This document shows positions 39,885-50,581 of a stretch of 64,000 nt of DNA, piece by piece. The first letter of the stretch is position 1; the number at the start of each line of letters is the position of its first letter. Both the position numbers and the translations under genes were made by a program. The stretch spans positions 370,510-434,509 of the IMG/VR virus record IMGVR_UViG_3300032236_001850; one strand, given 5' to 3'. The notes below the pieces were generated by a model. The model ran no database searches. It was not told the DNA's origin and worked only from the letters and a program-made list of their open reading frames with translations.

Positions 39885-39958
39885 TCTAGTATCGTACAAA
39901 GGCACCACGATACAATAAAATTTAATCTAAGTGGATATATAATAATAAAATCTACAAA

Positions 39959-40351
39959 ATGGAAAGAATAAAAAGTTTTGATTTATTTGAGGATGAAAGT
40001 ATTGGTCCTCCTGAACAAAAAATATACAGTAAATATTACCAGGGACCTTCTGCCTGGCCTACAGTTGTTGATGCGTTAGCTATTATTAGTAAAAATCAAA
40101 ACGGAGATGGAGATGGAGATGGTTTAGTAAAGCCATCACAGGAGCTAGTTGATTTTATTAAAGACAACAGTTCGGAGGATGGATTAGATAGTTCAATAGC
40201 AGGATTTTTTACTGAAATATTGAAAGCAGTTAAAATTGCTAATAGTAGTTTATATACCAAACTGGGTGGAGAATCAATGATTAGAGCTATTGAGGGAATG
40301 CAGAACGATTACGTTGCTACCCACAACACAGATGGTACTAAAAAATTCTAA
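39959..40351 (+). CDS. Hypothetical protein with CTS-like N-terminus
   Basis: MERIKSFDLFEDES; GATATATA at 39934. Confidence 0.6.
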   Translation: MERIKSFDLFEDESIGPPEQKIYSKYYQGPSAWPTVVDALAIISKNQNGDGDGDGLVKPSQELVDFIKDNSSEDGLDSSIAGFFTEILKAVKIANSSLYTKLGGESMIRAIEGMQNDYVATHNTDGTKKF

Positions 40352-40395
40352 ATCATTAGAAAGCAGCAAAGATAAATTAAAAAAAATACACAAAA

Positions 40396-40830
40396 ATGGA
40401 AAGAATAGCTTCATTTGAACAATTCAAAAGAAATGGCGCATCAATGGATGAATATAATTCTGAGATAGAGGCAACAAACGAAAATAGTACGGATGACAAA
40501 AAACATTATATGTTTTTTAGAAATGTGCAATCAATCAAGCACTATATTGATGAGATCATGAAAATGGACAAAGATAAAATCGATGAACTTCTTGAGGATG
40601 GTCATGATTGGGCTGCTGATCACATATCAACCGCTAAAACAGACATTGAGGAAGTTGCTGAATGGTTAAGAGACGAATTTGAAGATGCAGAGGAATCTGA
40701 CGATGAGGAAGAAAATGAACCGGAGGAAGCAGAAGAAACTGAGGAGGAACCAGAAGGTGAGGAATCTGATGAAACAGGAGAAGAACCAGAAGGGGAGGAA
40801 GAGGAAAAAACAGGAAAGGAACCTCTATAA
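40396..40830 (+). CDS. Hypothetical protein with CTS-like N-terminus and Glu-rich tail
   Basis: MERIASFEQF; EEPEGEE repeats. Confidence 0.6.
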   Translation: MERIASFEQFKRNGASMDEYNSEIEATNENSTDDKKHYMFFRNVQSIKHYIDEIMKMDKDKIDELLEDGHDWAADHISTAKTDIEEVAEWLRDEFEDAEESDDEEENEPEEAEETEEEPEGEESDETGEEPEGEEEEKTGKEPL

Positions 40831-40848
40831 TTCCAAATAAATAAAAAC

Positions 40849-40874
40849 AAAACCAGCCAAAGGCTGGTTTTTTT
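40849..40874 (+). terminator. Rho-independent terminator
   Basis: AAAACCAGCC-AAA-GGCTGGTTTTTTT. Confidence 0.8.
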
Positions 40875-40913
40875 GTGAAACATAATTATTATTTAAAATA
40901 TGATATCTGATTA

Positions 40914-40946
40914 TTTTTTTAATCCGAATTTTTAAATTATATTTGC
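40914..40946 (+). promoter_or_regulatory. Bacteroidota-type promoter
   Basis: TTTTTTTAATCCG-N11-TATATTTGC. Confidence 0.7.
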
Positions 40947-43900
40947 ATTCTAAAAGATTGAATATGGAAACAACACACCTCGCATTGAACGTATTAGGCT
41001 GGATATTCTTGATTGGTTCATGGATAATTTATTTTTTTAATAAAAAGAAAGAAATGCGTCTTTTCAAAGTACAACTTGCAGTTAATGTATTAGCATTAAT
41101 TTGCTTTGCTGCTAATCTAATATTAAAATTTGTTTAATGACTGATTTAGCAGAGGATACTAGGGACTTTTTTGAGGATCTGAAAAACAGACCAAGACCAA
41201 ACTTCTTCAGAAGAGTGTGGCTTTGGTGGGATCATGATGGTAGATATGCGCATAAAACTTTTGCCAATGGTGTAAAGAATCTTTGGTATTGGTTTCCTGT
41301 AATATGGAAAGATAGAAACTGGGATAGTCATTATCTTTTTGAGATAATGAAGCATAAATTGGTTTCTCAGTCTAATTACATAGGCAGAAGAGATTTTCAT
41401 ACTAGAGCACAACAGGATGCTCGTAATATGAGAATCTGTGTTAAACTGATTCAAAACATACAGGATGACGTTTACACCCTGGAGTATATGGACTATGCTA
41501 AAGATAGACATTGGTTCGAACCTTGTAATGATGGCACAGGAAACTCAACCTGGGAATCCGAAAACATCTGGGAGAAGTATGATGATTACTTCAAAAAATA
41601 CCCACTTGTCTACAAAAGAGTAATGAACGGAGAAGGATTTACCTCCTTGGAAGGTAGAGAAGACGATAAGCACGTGATTGCTTTGAGTATGGCTCACTTA
41701 AATCACCAAAGAGCTAAGTCTCTATTGTTTAAAATAATGGACACCCAAATCGAGGGGTGGTGGGACTAGTATGGGATGGTTAATAATTTTAATAGTTGCT
41801 GCGGCAGTTATAGGATGCTGCGTTATGTGGGTTACCGGAATACATCACATGAATAAACATTTTCCAAATTATAAAGCTGAGGATTTTTTAAATGATAAAG
41901 AAGACGATGAATAGAAAACTTAATGATCACATAGGTGAAGTAATAGGCGATTCAAATGAACCTGAAAAATCACCCAGGGTCCACCACGAAAGTAGATTTT
42001 TTGGTGATATCTATTTTAAAAGAAAAAAATCCAAGATTGACAAAATCGTGGATGAGTGTAAAAAGGCCACACCTTACGAGATCTGGGAGGGAATAAGAGA
42101 TAATTTTGTTTTTGGATTTTTAGGTGCAATGCTTGTTGTTTTTATTGCTACTCGTACCGATGTTGCTGTCCTATTAGGTTATTTCCTTTATTATTCATTT
42201 ATGGGTAAGATTGTAAATAGGCCAAAATATGTTACAGATCTTGGAAAACTTATTGTCTTTCCAATTCCTTCCGCCCTCGGTGCATTTACAGGATATAAGG
42301 TGTCATACATTCTACTACATTTAATTTAAACTAACAATCTATGTCATACTCAAGATGGTCAAATAGTCGATGGTATACATTCTGGACTTCCTTTAGTGGT
42401 GACACTAAGGAATCTCAGGCTTTCGAGGTGATGATAGATTTTGCTAGAAGCAGAGTATTTACATACTCAGAGTTAACTAAAAATATAGACGGGTGTCTTA
42501 CTGAAATACAGAAACTGTGTGCAAATCCAATCGAATACAGTTCACCTCAAGAAATAATAACAGAGGAACCTAAAAAAGAACAAACCACCATATTTGATAG
42601 AATGATTTATGTAACTGAGATATCCGGACCAGATCCAGCAACGGATGAAGAACTGGCTGAGCTTAGGATTTACATGGAGAATTTTATTACTGACGTTGAT
42701 TGGGACTATTCAATACCAGGAAAACTTATTGATTTTCTAATATCAGAAACAAGACTCAGTAAATTTGGATGGTGGCTAAAGTTTAAACTTGAACCTAAAA
42801 GGAAAAAATATGCAGGAAGCAGTTATAGAGAAATGTGATGATTGTGATGCTCCCGCGGTGTGGTTTTACATGCCTGGAGACTATCAAAGATGTGATGAGC
42901 ATGTCCATAGGGGATGTAGCTGCAATCATAGATATGTTAGTCCCGATGCGTACCATCCACCACTGAAAGAAGCGGATCTTCCATATTCTGAAGGAGTTGA
43001 AAATGTTGATTGGAAATGGTTGGATGACGAAAAAACACATTGGTGTAGAATAGACAGTAAAGGTAGGGAATGGCCATGCTGCGAATGGGATTATGATGGT
43101 CCAGATATGGACTAAAATAAGCTCGTTTAAGGGACTTTATTTTTTTCGTGTATGTTTTTAATCTAAACCGTTTTTGATTTGGATGCGATAAAGTAAACGA
43201 CCAATTAAGTATTAATGAGAGTATATCTATAAAAATAAAATATATGAACAGTGAAATTATCAAGGAAAAATTAGGTGAGAAATCAATCTGGAACGATTCA
43301 GATTTCGCAGAAGCTTTCGATAAGTACAAAGATGAGCACACATCGGAAATTACTGAAACTAATAAACCTTGGAGGTATGATATAGACCCGGAAGATCTTG
43401 GGCTCGGAGAGCTGAAAGTGGAACCGGTTTTTATGTATAATGGGAATCCTCAAACATGTAGACTTACGAAGCTTCCGATATTTAGAAACACGGATCTTAA
43501 TAAGAACTTCTCACAAATAAAACCCAAGAAGCTTAGTAAAGAATTAGCTTCGTATGTAAAAGAAAACTACACCCACGTTAACAGTATAATTGAACATAGG
43601 CAATCAGCAATCGTTGCTGACAGAGTTATAGATATGGTTTATTATATGATCCACGGTGTTAAAATTGGATATTAATGGAAACAACTAAACCACTAAGACA
43701 AGTTGGTGATAAGGTCTTATTAGACGGATACACCTCAATGGCTCAGCAGAATGCTGAGATAGTAACAATCAAAAAAGTTGATTGGAGATTTGATGAAAAG
43801 ACTGGAGAGAAATTCCCAATCTATCATATCGGCGACGGTGAATGGTATGACGGCAGAGATGGCGGATGCTATAGTAAAAAACAATCAATGTATTATTTAG

Positions 43901-44568
43901 ATCTATGAAAATATCAAAACAAGACAAACTATTACCTCATTTAGGTTTATTAAACTTTGAGGGTGATGCTGTAAGAGCATACAAAAAACCAGACGGTGAT
44001 CGCTACATCATAGTGGACGAAAGACTTGAAATTATAGCAGAGTGGGATTCTCTTGAGATCTTTGAGTTTATAAGAGGTGATTTTGCAGTAACTACTAGTT
44101 ACGGTAAGGATTACAGATACACAGACTGGAACGACGATTGCAAGCCAAGGAAAGAAGTATTGGATCTTTTCATTGGTATAGTTGATTTACCTGAAGTGGT
44201 TAAGAGATTATCAGCCCTTGCTTCTGGTTTAAGCGAGGAAGATCTTGGTAGACATTCAATAGAAAGCATACAACTAATATCGGAAAAAACCATGCCACCC
44301 GTTCTTTGTGTTAAGTATAAGGACGAGGTAATTGAAAGTTTCAAGGATATTAGTGAGATGGTTAGATTCATGGAGGCTTTGAAAAATGGTTAATGAGAAT
44401 GTAAGAGTTGGATTTAGATCAGATGATCCCAACTTTGATTGGCAATCTGTTATCGGGAAACAACCCGGATATGAGTTTGTAAGATCAAGAACCATAGAAA
44501 ACAACGAGAATCCAAACTGGCCAAAATGGACAATTATTATTGATTATAAAAGAAATAAAATTAAATAA
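40943..44568 (+). CDS. Run of small hypothetical (probably early) genes, several membrane-associated
   Basis: Packed ORFs 40943, 41137, 41892, 42341, 42789, 43244, 43675, 43905, 44386; no recognised motifs. Confidence 0.5.
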
Positions 44569-44569
44569 A

Positions 44570-45001
44570 ATGAGTAAAGTAAAAATTTCAACAGACAAAG
44601 GTGATATGGTTGCAGAACTATATGACAACGAAACACCAATCACAGCAGGCAATTTTTTAAAATTAGCTAATGATGGATTCTATAACGGACTAAATTTCCA
44701 TAGAGTTATCCCTAATTTTGTTATCCAAGGTGGATGTCCAACAGGTACTGGTCAAGGTGGACCTGGTTATAATATCCCTTGTGAGGTAACTGCACCAAAT
44801 CAATTCCACGACAGAGGAGTTCTTTCTATGGCACATGCCGGAAGAAACACAGGAGGATCCCAGTTCTTTATTTGTCACAGCAGACAAAACACAGCTCACT
44901 TGGACGGTAACCACACATGCTTTGGTAAGGTAACTGAGGGTCTAGATGTTATCGACCAGATCCAGCAAGGTGACAAGATAATATCAATTTCTGAAATATA
45001 A
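44570..45001 (+). CDS. Cyclophilin-type peptidyl-prolyl isomerase
   Basis: [29 protein letters not shown]; start ATG 44570. Confidence 0.95.
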   Translation: MSKVKISTDKGDMVAELYDNETPITAGNFLKLANDGFYNGLNFHRVIPNFVIQGGCPTGTGQGGPGYNIPCEVTAPNQFHDRGVLSMAHAGRNTGGSQFFICHSRQNTAHLDGNHTCFGKVTEGLDVIDQIQQGDKIISISEI

Positions 45002-45767
45002 TCCAATATGAGTGGAGGTCACTGGGAATATTTGCAATATAGATTCACTGATGTTGCCGAAGATATAGAAAAGCTGGTTGTTAAAAACGGCCAGCCTAAA
45101 ACCGAGGAGGAAAAGAAATATGAGAATTGGCACGATTCCGAATGGTATGAGAAGTACCCGGAGGAGAATTTTCACCATAAATATTCCGATGAAGTTATAG
45201 AAGAGTTTAAAAAGGGAGCAGCGGCAATAAAACTAGCTCAGATCTATATGCAAAGATTGGATTGGCTGCTATCTGGTGACGATGGTGAAGAATCATTTAT
45301 AAGTAGATTGAGAGAGGATTTAAAAAAATTGGAAGATGAAAACATACGAGGATAAAATAAAAGAAACCATCGATTCCATCTGTGATGAACACAAATTGGC
45401 AAAGCCGATCACAGTTCCATCCGCAGGTAAACTTATCTATGAATATAGGGGAATTGATACCGCAATTGAATTGTTTGAAGGTGCTGCTAATGAAACTAAA
45501 TCTAATATATTTAGATCGTCAGCGTTTGAATCAACATTAGAATCTATATTAATGCCAATAAAAACAGGAATAAAATGGGAGCCGAATCACAAAAAATAGT
45601 TACTTGGAAATTGGATTATAATGACACTAATCCGGAAGCCCTTTCTGATTATCTTAAATTAGAATCTGAAAATGGATGGGGTGTTCATTTAATACAACCG
45701 ACACTTTTTGGTAATGATCCATACGGACCAAAGAAACTTCTTATGGCCGTAATAATATTTAGAAAAT

Positions 45768-46013
45768 ATGAATAATTCTGATAACAAAATACCAGAACTT
45801 AATCTAAAGATGGAAACTAGGACTATGGAAGCAAAGACTAGAGTACTACGTACTCCTTATGTTTTAGTAACAACTCCTTATATGATACTTTCTGATAAAG
45901 ATGGAACTAGAAGAGTGTGGACAAGAAACAAAAGAAGCATAATTCTGTATTATCTTTATAAAATAACAAGGATTGAATGGTTTATAAAAAAATATAATGA
46001 ACAGGCTAGATAA
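45768..46013 (+). CDS. Small protein carrying a gp23 major-capsid-like segment
   Basis: IPELNLKMETRTMEAKTRVLRTPY resembles the gp23 ExxFxIxKxxxEAKSRxLKAxY segment. Confidence 0.5.
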   Translation: MNNSDNKIPELNLKMETRTMEAKTRVLRTPYVLVTTPYMILSDKDGTRRVWTRNKRSIILYYLYKITRIEWFIKKYNEQAR

Positions 46014-47247
46014 ACAATACACAGATCTACTTGCAACCATATTGGAGCATGGGGTAGATAAAAAAGATAGAACAGGAACCGGCACAAGGTCAATATTTGG
46101 TTATACCATCCGACATAATATGAAAGATGGGTTTCCACTTCTTACAACCAAGAAAATGTCATTCAAAACAATCGTAACAGAACTTATCTGGTTCTTACGA
46201 GGTGATACAAACATTAAGTTTTTGGTTGATAATAATTGTCATATTTGGGATGGTGATGCTTATAAAGCGTTTGGAAAATGGAAACAAGAAACAGACGCTA
46301 AAATAAGAAAAGAAAACCCAACAATAGATTTTCAGCCTTTGGAATATGAATCACAAGAAGAATTTATCAACAAAATAAAAACAGATGATGAGTTTGCTAA
46401 GAAGTGGGGTGAGTTAGGTCCAATTTATGGAGCTCAATGGAGAAGTTGGGGAGAACATTTACCTCAGGATCCTCAATATAAATTAGCAGCTAGAACATAT
46501 ATCGATCAGATCCATAACTCTATAGATTTGCTTATAATTGACCCTGACTCAAGAAGAAACAGAGTTTCAGCATGGAATGTTGGTGAACTGAACATGATGG
46601 TTCTTCCGCCATGTCATACTGATTTTCAATTTTATTCCGTTGAGATGACAAACGAAGAAAGGTGTCAATATTTTGCAAGTAGTCTGAATAAGAATATTTC
46701 ATTTACAAAAAATCTTACCAATAAAAAACTTGATGAACTTGGTTGTCCCTCACGTAGATTGTCACTAATGTGGAATCAGCGTTCGGTAGATACTTTCTTG
46801 GGTTTACCCTTTAATATTGCTTCCTATGGATTATTATTAGAAATAATTGGGAGATGTGTTAATATGATTCCTGACCAGTTGATTGGTAATTTGGGTGATG
46901 TTCATTTGTATTCAAATCACATTCAGCAAGCTAAAGAACAGATTGGAAGAAAATATACACACGAGGAAAGAACCTCCATGTTGATCTCCGCTATGGGTGA
47001 AGAAAAATATAATAAAGCACTTGGTGAACTGATGCCATTTGGTGGAGGTATGAGTGAATATTATGACTCTTATAACATACCTCACAGAACTAGAGAACCC
47101 TTTGATTTACCTAAATTGATTCTAAATCCAATATTTTTAGCGGATCTGGAACATAAAGGATTTGATGCAGCTATAAATGGCGAGATTAATTTCAAAATTG
47201 AAAATTATCAAGCTCATCCACATATACCAGCACCTCTAAGCAACTAA
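45997..47247 (+). CDS. thyA: Thymidylate synthase with insertions
   Basis: DRTGTGT, LPPCH, QRSVD..GLPFN, DVHLYSNH. Confidence 0.95.
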   Translation: MNRLDKQYTDLLATILEHGVDKKDRTGTGTRSIFGYTIRHNMKDGFPLLTTKKMSFKTIVTELIWFLRGDTNIKFLVDNNCHIWDGDAYKAFGKWKQETDAKIRKENPTIDFQPLEYESQEEFINKIKTDDEFAKKWGELGPIYGAQWRSWGEHLPQDPQYKLAARTYIDQIHNSIDLLIIDPDSRRNRVSAWNVGELNMMVLPPCHTDFQFYSVEMTNEERCQYFASSLNKNISFTKNLTNKKLDELGCPSRRLSLMWNQRSVDTFLGLPFNIASYGLLLEIIGRCVNMIPDQLIGNLGDVHLYSNHIQQAKEQIGRKYTHEERTSMLISAMGEEKYNKALGELMPFGGGMSEYYDSYNIPHRTREPFDLPKLILNPIFLADLEHKGFDAAINGEINFKIENYQAHPHIPAPLSN

Positions 47248-47426
47248 AGATATGAGAAAATTTTTATTAATAACGGGTATCCTTTCCGTAGCTAGCTTTT
47301 ACATTTGCGGAGCATTTGCATTTGGCGATGCTTTAGCAAAAGAATCTGAATTAAGAGCACACAGAGAACATGTAAGATTCGAAAGAGACAGCTTACAATT
47401 AGAAATCTATAAAAAACAATTAAAGA

Positions 47427-47810
47427 ATGAAAGCAATAATAGCAGTAAATGAGCTAGGATACATAGGTCTAAATGATTCACTTCCTTGGAGATGCTCCGA
47501 GGATCTTAAGCACTTCAAGAAAATGACGGATGGTTGCACACTGTTGGTGGGTCATAACACCTCCCAGAAAATGCCACCACTTCCAGGTAGAACAGTAATT
47601 AACGACGAAAGAGGTGTTATCATATCTGAGGGTATAGATTGGTGCATAGGTGGTAAAAAGACCTATGAGAAATACTGTCATCTATTCACTGAGCTTCACA
47701 TCTCAAGAATAGAAAACAAATCTGAAGGTGATACAGTTTATCCGGATCTGTCCTCATTGAATCCAGAATGCCAAATTTTTGAATATAATTTCAAAGAAAA
47801 TCAGAAATAA
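47427..47810 (+). CDS. folA: Dihydrofolate reductase
   Basis: IG..LPW..EDLKHFK, LPGR, IGG, GDT. Confidence 0.9.
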   Translation: MKAIIAVNELGYIGLNDSLPWRCSEDLKHFKKMTDGCTLLVGHNTSQKMPPLPGRTVINDERGVIISEGIDWCIGGKKTYEKYCHLFTELHISRIENKSEGDTVYPDLSSLNPECQIFEYNFKENQK

Positions 47811-47843
47811 TTTTTTATTCTCGAGAGCCTGATCTATATTTGT
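47811..47843 (+). promoter_or_regulatory. Bacteroidota-type promoter
   Basis: TTTTTTATTCTCG-N11-TATATTTGT. Confidence 0.65.
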
Positions 47844-47872
47844 TGATATTTTTATATTAAAATCGTTAAAAT

Positions 47873-48382
47873 ATGAGAAATCTTTTATTGATGCTGATTC
47901 TTCTTATGACTTCGCTTGGAGTGTCACAGAACAAATGCACACTGGACGTCAAAAAATATGGACTGATTACTAAACCTGGATATCTAAAAACAGGAATACA
48001 TTTGAATCTCCCAGATAGCTATTACTTTTATCTCGTGGGCGAGAGAATAACACTTGGGATAGAAAGATTCGATAGCATAGCACAATTCAGAGGTGTTGAG
48101 GAAGATTTTACAAAAATGTACCAAGATAGACTCTGTGAATATATGAGTAAGAAACACGAGGACTGTGGGGACACTGAAATTGTATATGAAATACAGAATA
48201 GTCCAATGTTTGAATACTGTAACGTAACATATTACTACTATGATAGTTACATGTCTACTAATTACATATGTAACTCTTGGTCAGCAATTAGTGATGGCGA
48301 TTATGAAATAATTATCACTTCTGACGATAAGATATACTATACAAGAAAGATTAAAGTTAGAAAAGGTAATCTAGTAAAATAA
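47873..48382 (+). CDS. Secreted hypothetical protein
   Basis: Signal peptide ending GVS|Q. Confidence 0.55.
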   Translation: MRNLLLMLILLMTSLGVSQNKCTLDVKKYGLITKPGYLKTGIHLNLPDSYYFYLVGERITLGIERFDSIAQFRGVEEDFTKMYQDRLCEYMSKKHEDCGDTEIVYEIQNSPMFEYCNVTYYYYDSYMSTNYICNSWSAISDGDYEIIITSDDKIYYTRKIKVRKGNLVK

Positions 48383-48674
48383 TGGATAAAATAATATTGG
48401 CACATTATATCAATGTGGGAAACGTTAGTCCCTCCAAGGTAGCTGAGGTACTTTCAAGGATAAGCAAATCTCTAGTTGGTCAAGATGATGTTCTTCATTA
48501 CGTTTATCCAATAACACAGGGTGATACTAGGGTCGATTGCATCAATCCAAAATTAGTTACTGGAGATGAATACAAATATGCCAAAGAGGTTTTATCTTTC
48601 AACGAGAAACTAATAAAAACAGTAATTGACAAAAGCATGAACGATTTTAAATTCGATATGCAAAAAATAAAATA

Positions 48675-49088
48675 ATGGAACTAATATCATCACACCCAAT
48701 AAAGAAATCAGATTTAGGATTTCATGGTAATCTATTCGGAGGAAAATTAATGGCCTGGATGGATGCAGGAGCTGCTGTTTATGCAATGGAAGCTTGTGAT
48801 TCACCAAGAATGGTAACTATACTCATAGATAAATGTGTTTTCAAGAAACCTGCCAAGGAAGGACAGATCATTAAGATCTATGGTGAGGTACTAAGTATTG
48901 GTAACACATCAATCACTCTTTATATGGAAGCTAGATCGCATAATGTTTATTCAGGAACACAATCTGTGATTCTGTCAACAAATATGAAATTCGTACGAAT
49001 TGACGAGAATGGTGATCCTATTCCTATCTCCGATAAAGTGAAGGAGAAATACAAGGACAATGGGGAAAAGGAAAAAGAATCCAGATAG
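48675..49088 (+). CDS. Acyl-CoA thioesterase (hotdog fold, YciA-like)
   Basis: HGNLFGGKLMAWMD, FKKP, GNTSI, FVRID. Confidence 0.85.
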   Translation: MELISSHPIKKSDLGFHGNLFGGKLMAWMDAGAAVYAMEACDSPRMVTILIDKCVFKKPAKEGQIIKIYGEVLSIGNTSITLYMEARSHNVYSGTQSVILSTNMKFVRIDENGDPIPISDKVKEKYKDNGEKEKESR

Positions 49089-49404
49089 GGATCTGGATAG
49101 AAAAAAATGGGCTGATGATCTTATGGGTCGCTACGGTCAATTACAGGAAATAATGGACAATACACCAATTTCTGAAATTGAATGGAAACCTGATAATACT
49201 GACATTTTCCTACCAATACAAAGAGTTTTTGCAAAAACTGTTGGTCTAGATCTGGTCGAGGTTGCACCAATGTCTGCACCGACTGGGATGTTATTCTACA
49301 TGGATCCAGCTACAATTCTTACCGACGAGGAACAAATTGAGAGAGATGCAGCCAAATGGATGAGAGAAAATATTGAATGGGTAAAAATAAAATTAGATAA
49401 ATGA
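49060..49404 (+). CDS. Small protein carrying a gp23 Gol-region-like segment
   Basis: LPIQRVFAKTVGLDLVEVAPMSAPTGMLFYMD. Confidence 0.65.
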   Translation: MGKRKKNPDRDLDRKKWADDLMGRYGQLQEIMDNTPISEIEWKPDNTDIFLPIQRVFAKTVGLDLVEVAPMSAPTGMLFYMDPATILTDEEQIERDAAKWMRENIEWVKIKLDK

Positions 49405-49937
49405 AAAAAACACTAGTTATAAATTTCTACGGAGGACCTGGATCAGGTAAAAGCACAACTGCTGCTCGTATATTTTCAGAGCTTAAGGATAAAGGATATA
49501 ATGTCGAACTTGCTACCGAATATGCAAAGGATATGACCTGGCAAAAATCTTTTCATGTTCTTGGAAATCAGGTTTATATATTTGCTAAACAACAACATAG
49601 AATATGGAGACTTGATGGTATGGTTGATATGATAATAACTGATGCGCCTCTATTAAATAGTCTCGTATATGGTGACACTAGTGATACTTTCAAGTCTCTT
49701 GTTATTGAGGAATATTGGAAGAGACCAACTTTCGACGTTTATTTGAATAGGGTAAAGAAATACAATCCTGCAGGAAGATCCCAGCATCTTGAAGAGGCAA
49801 TAGAGATAGATAAAATAACAACCAGAAGAGTCGAGGAGGTTAAAGAGTTTGATCTTATAGTCGATGGTGAGAAGAATTCAACCGAAGAAATAGTAAACGG
49901 CATATTAGAAAAATATAAAGAATTACAAAAATACTAA
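49401..49937 (+). CDS. P-loop kinase (NadR/AAA_28-like)
   Basis: GGPGSGKST, EYAK, ITDAPL, GR. Confidence 0.75.
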   Translation: MKKTLVINFYGGPGSGKSTTAARIFSELKDKGYNVELATEYAKDMTWQKSFHVLGNQVYIFAKQQHRIWRLDGMVDMIITDAPLLNSLVYGDTSDTFKSLVIEEYWKRPTFDVYLNRVKKYNPAGRSQHLEEAIEIDKITTRRVEEVKEFDLIVDGEKNSTEEIVNGILEKYKELQKY

Positions 49938-50581
49938 TAATGATACATTTTTTAAGAAACCCTAAGGGTCAAACACTAATAGAATGCGAAGCAATGGAGG
50001 AAGATCTTAGTGCTTCAATGTATGTTTGGAACTACACAATGGAAGTTCTTTACAGAGCTAAACAATCAACAACTGAGGTTCTTGAATTTGCACGTACCAT
50101 GGACGACCTTGATGAGATAAGAGGCCTATGGTGGGAGAAAGCAAGAGACATGGAGGATTGGCAAAGCATAGATGATTTCGTTGCCCATCATTTCAAAGCT
50201 GCTGCTAAAAAATATGATCTGAATTACGTAACGGATTAAATATGAAAAAGAGATTTGAATGCCAAAGAAAAAATATGCGATGTCTAAATTGGACCGCTAT
50301 TATAACCTGGACTATTATATTTACTATAGCCTATAACCTATTCAAATGGTTATATGGTCTTGTATTTTAATTTCTATTAGGGAATAAAGGATCTGGTTGT
50401 ATATCTGGATCCTTCTTATTCTTTAAATATTCCATGGCGGACATACCGACCTGGTCTATAAAACTTGGCATCTTGAATGGCTCTCTACATTCACCACCAA
50501 CATTAACACTCCCCACCAGACCTGGATTCATAGCTTCCAGTCTTTTAGAGATCATGTCTAAATATTCTTGACTTGGTTTCA

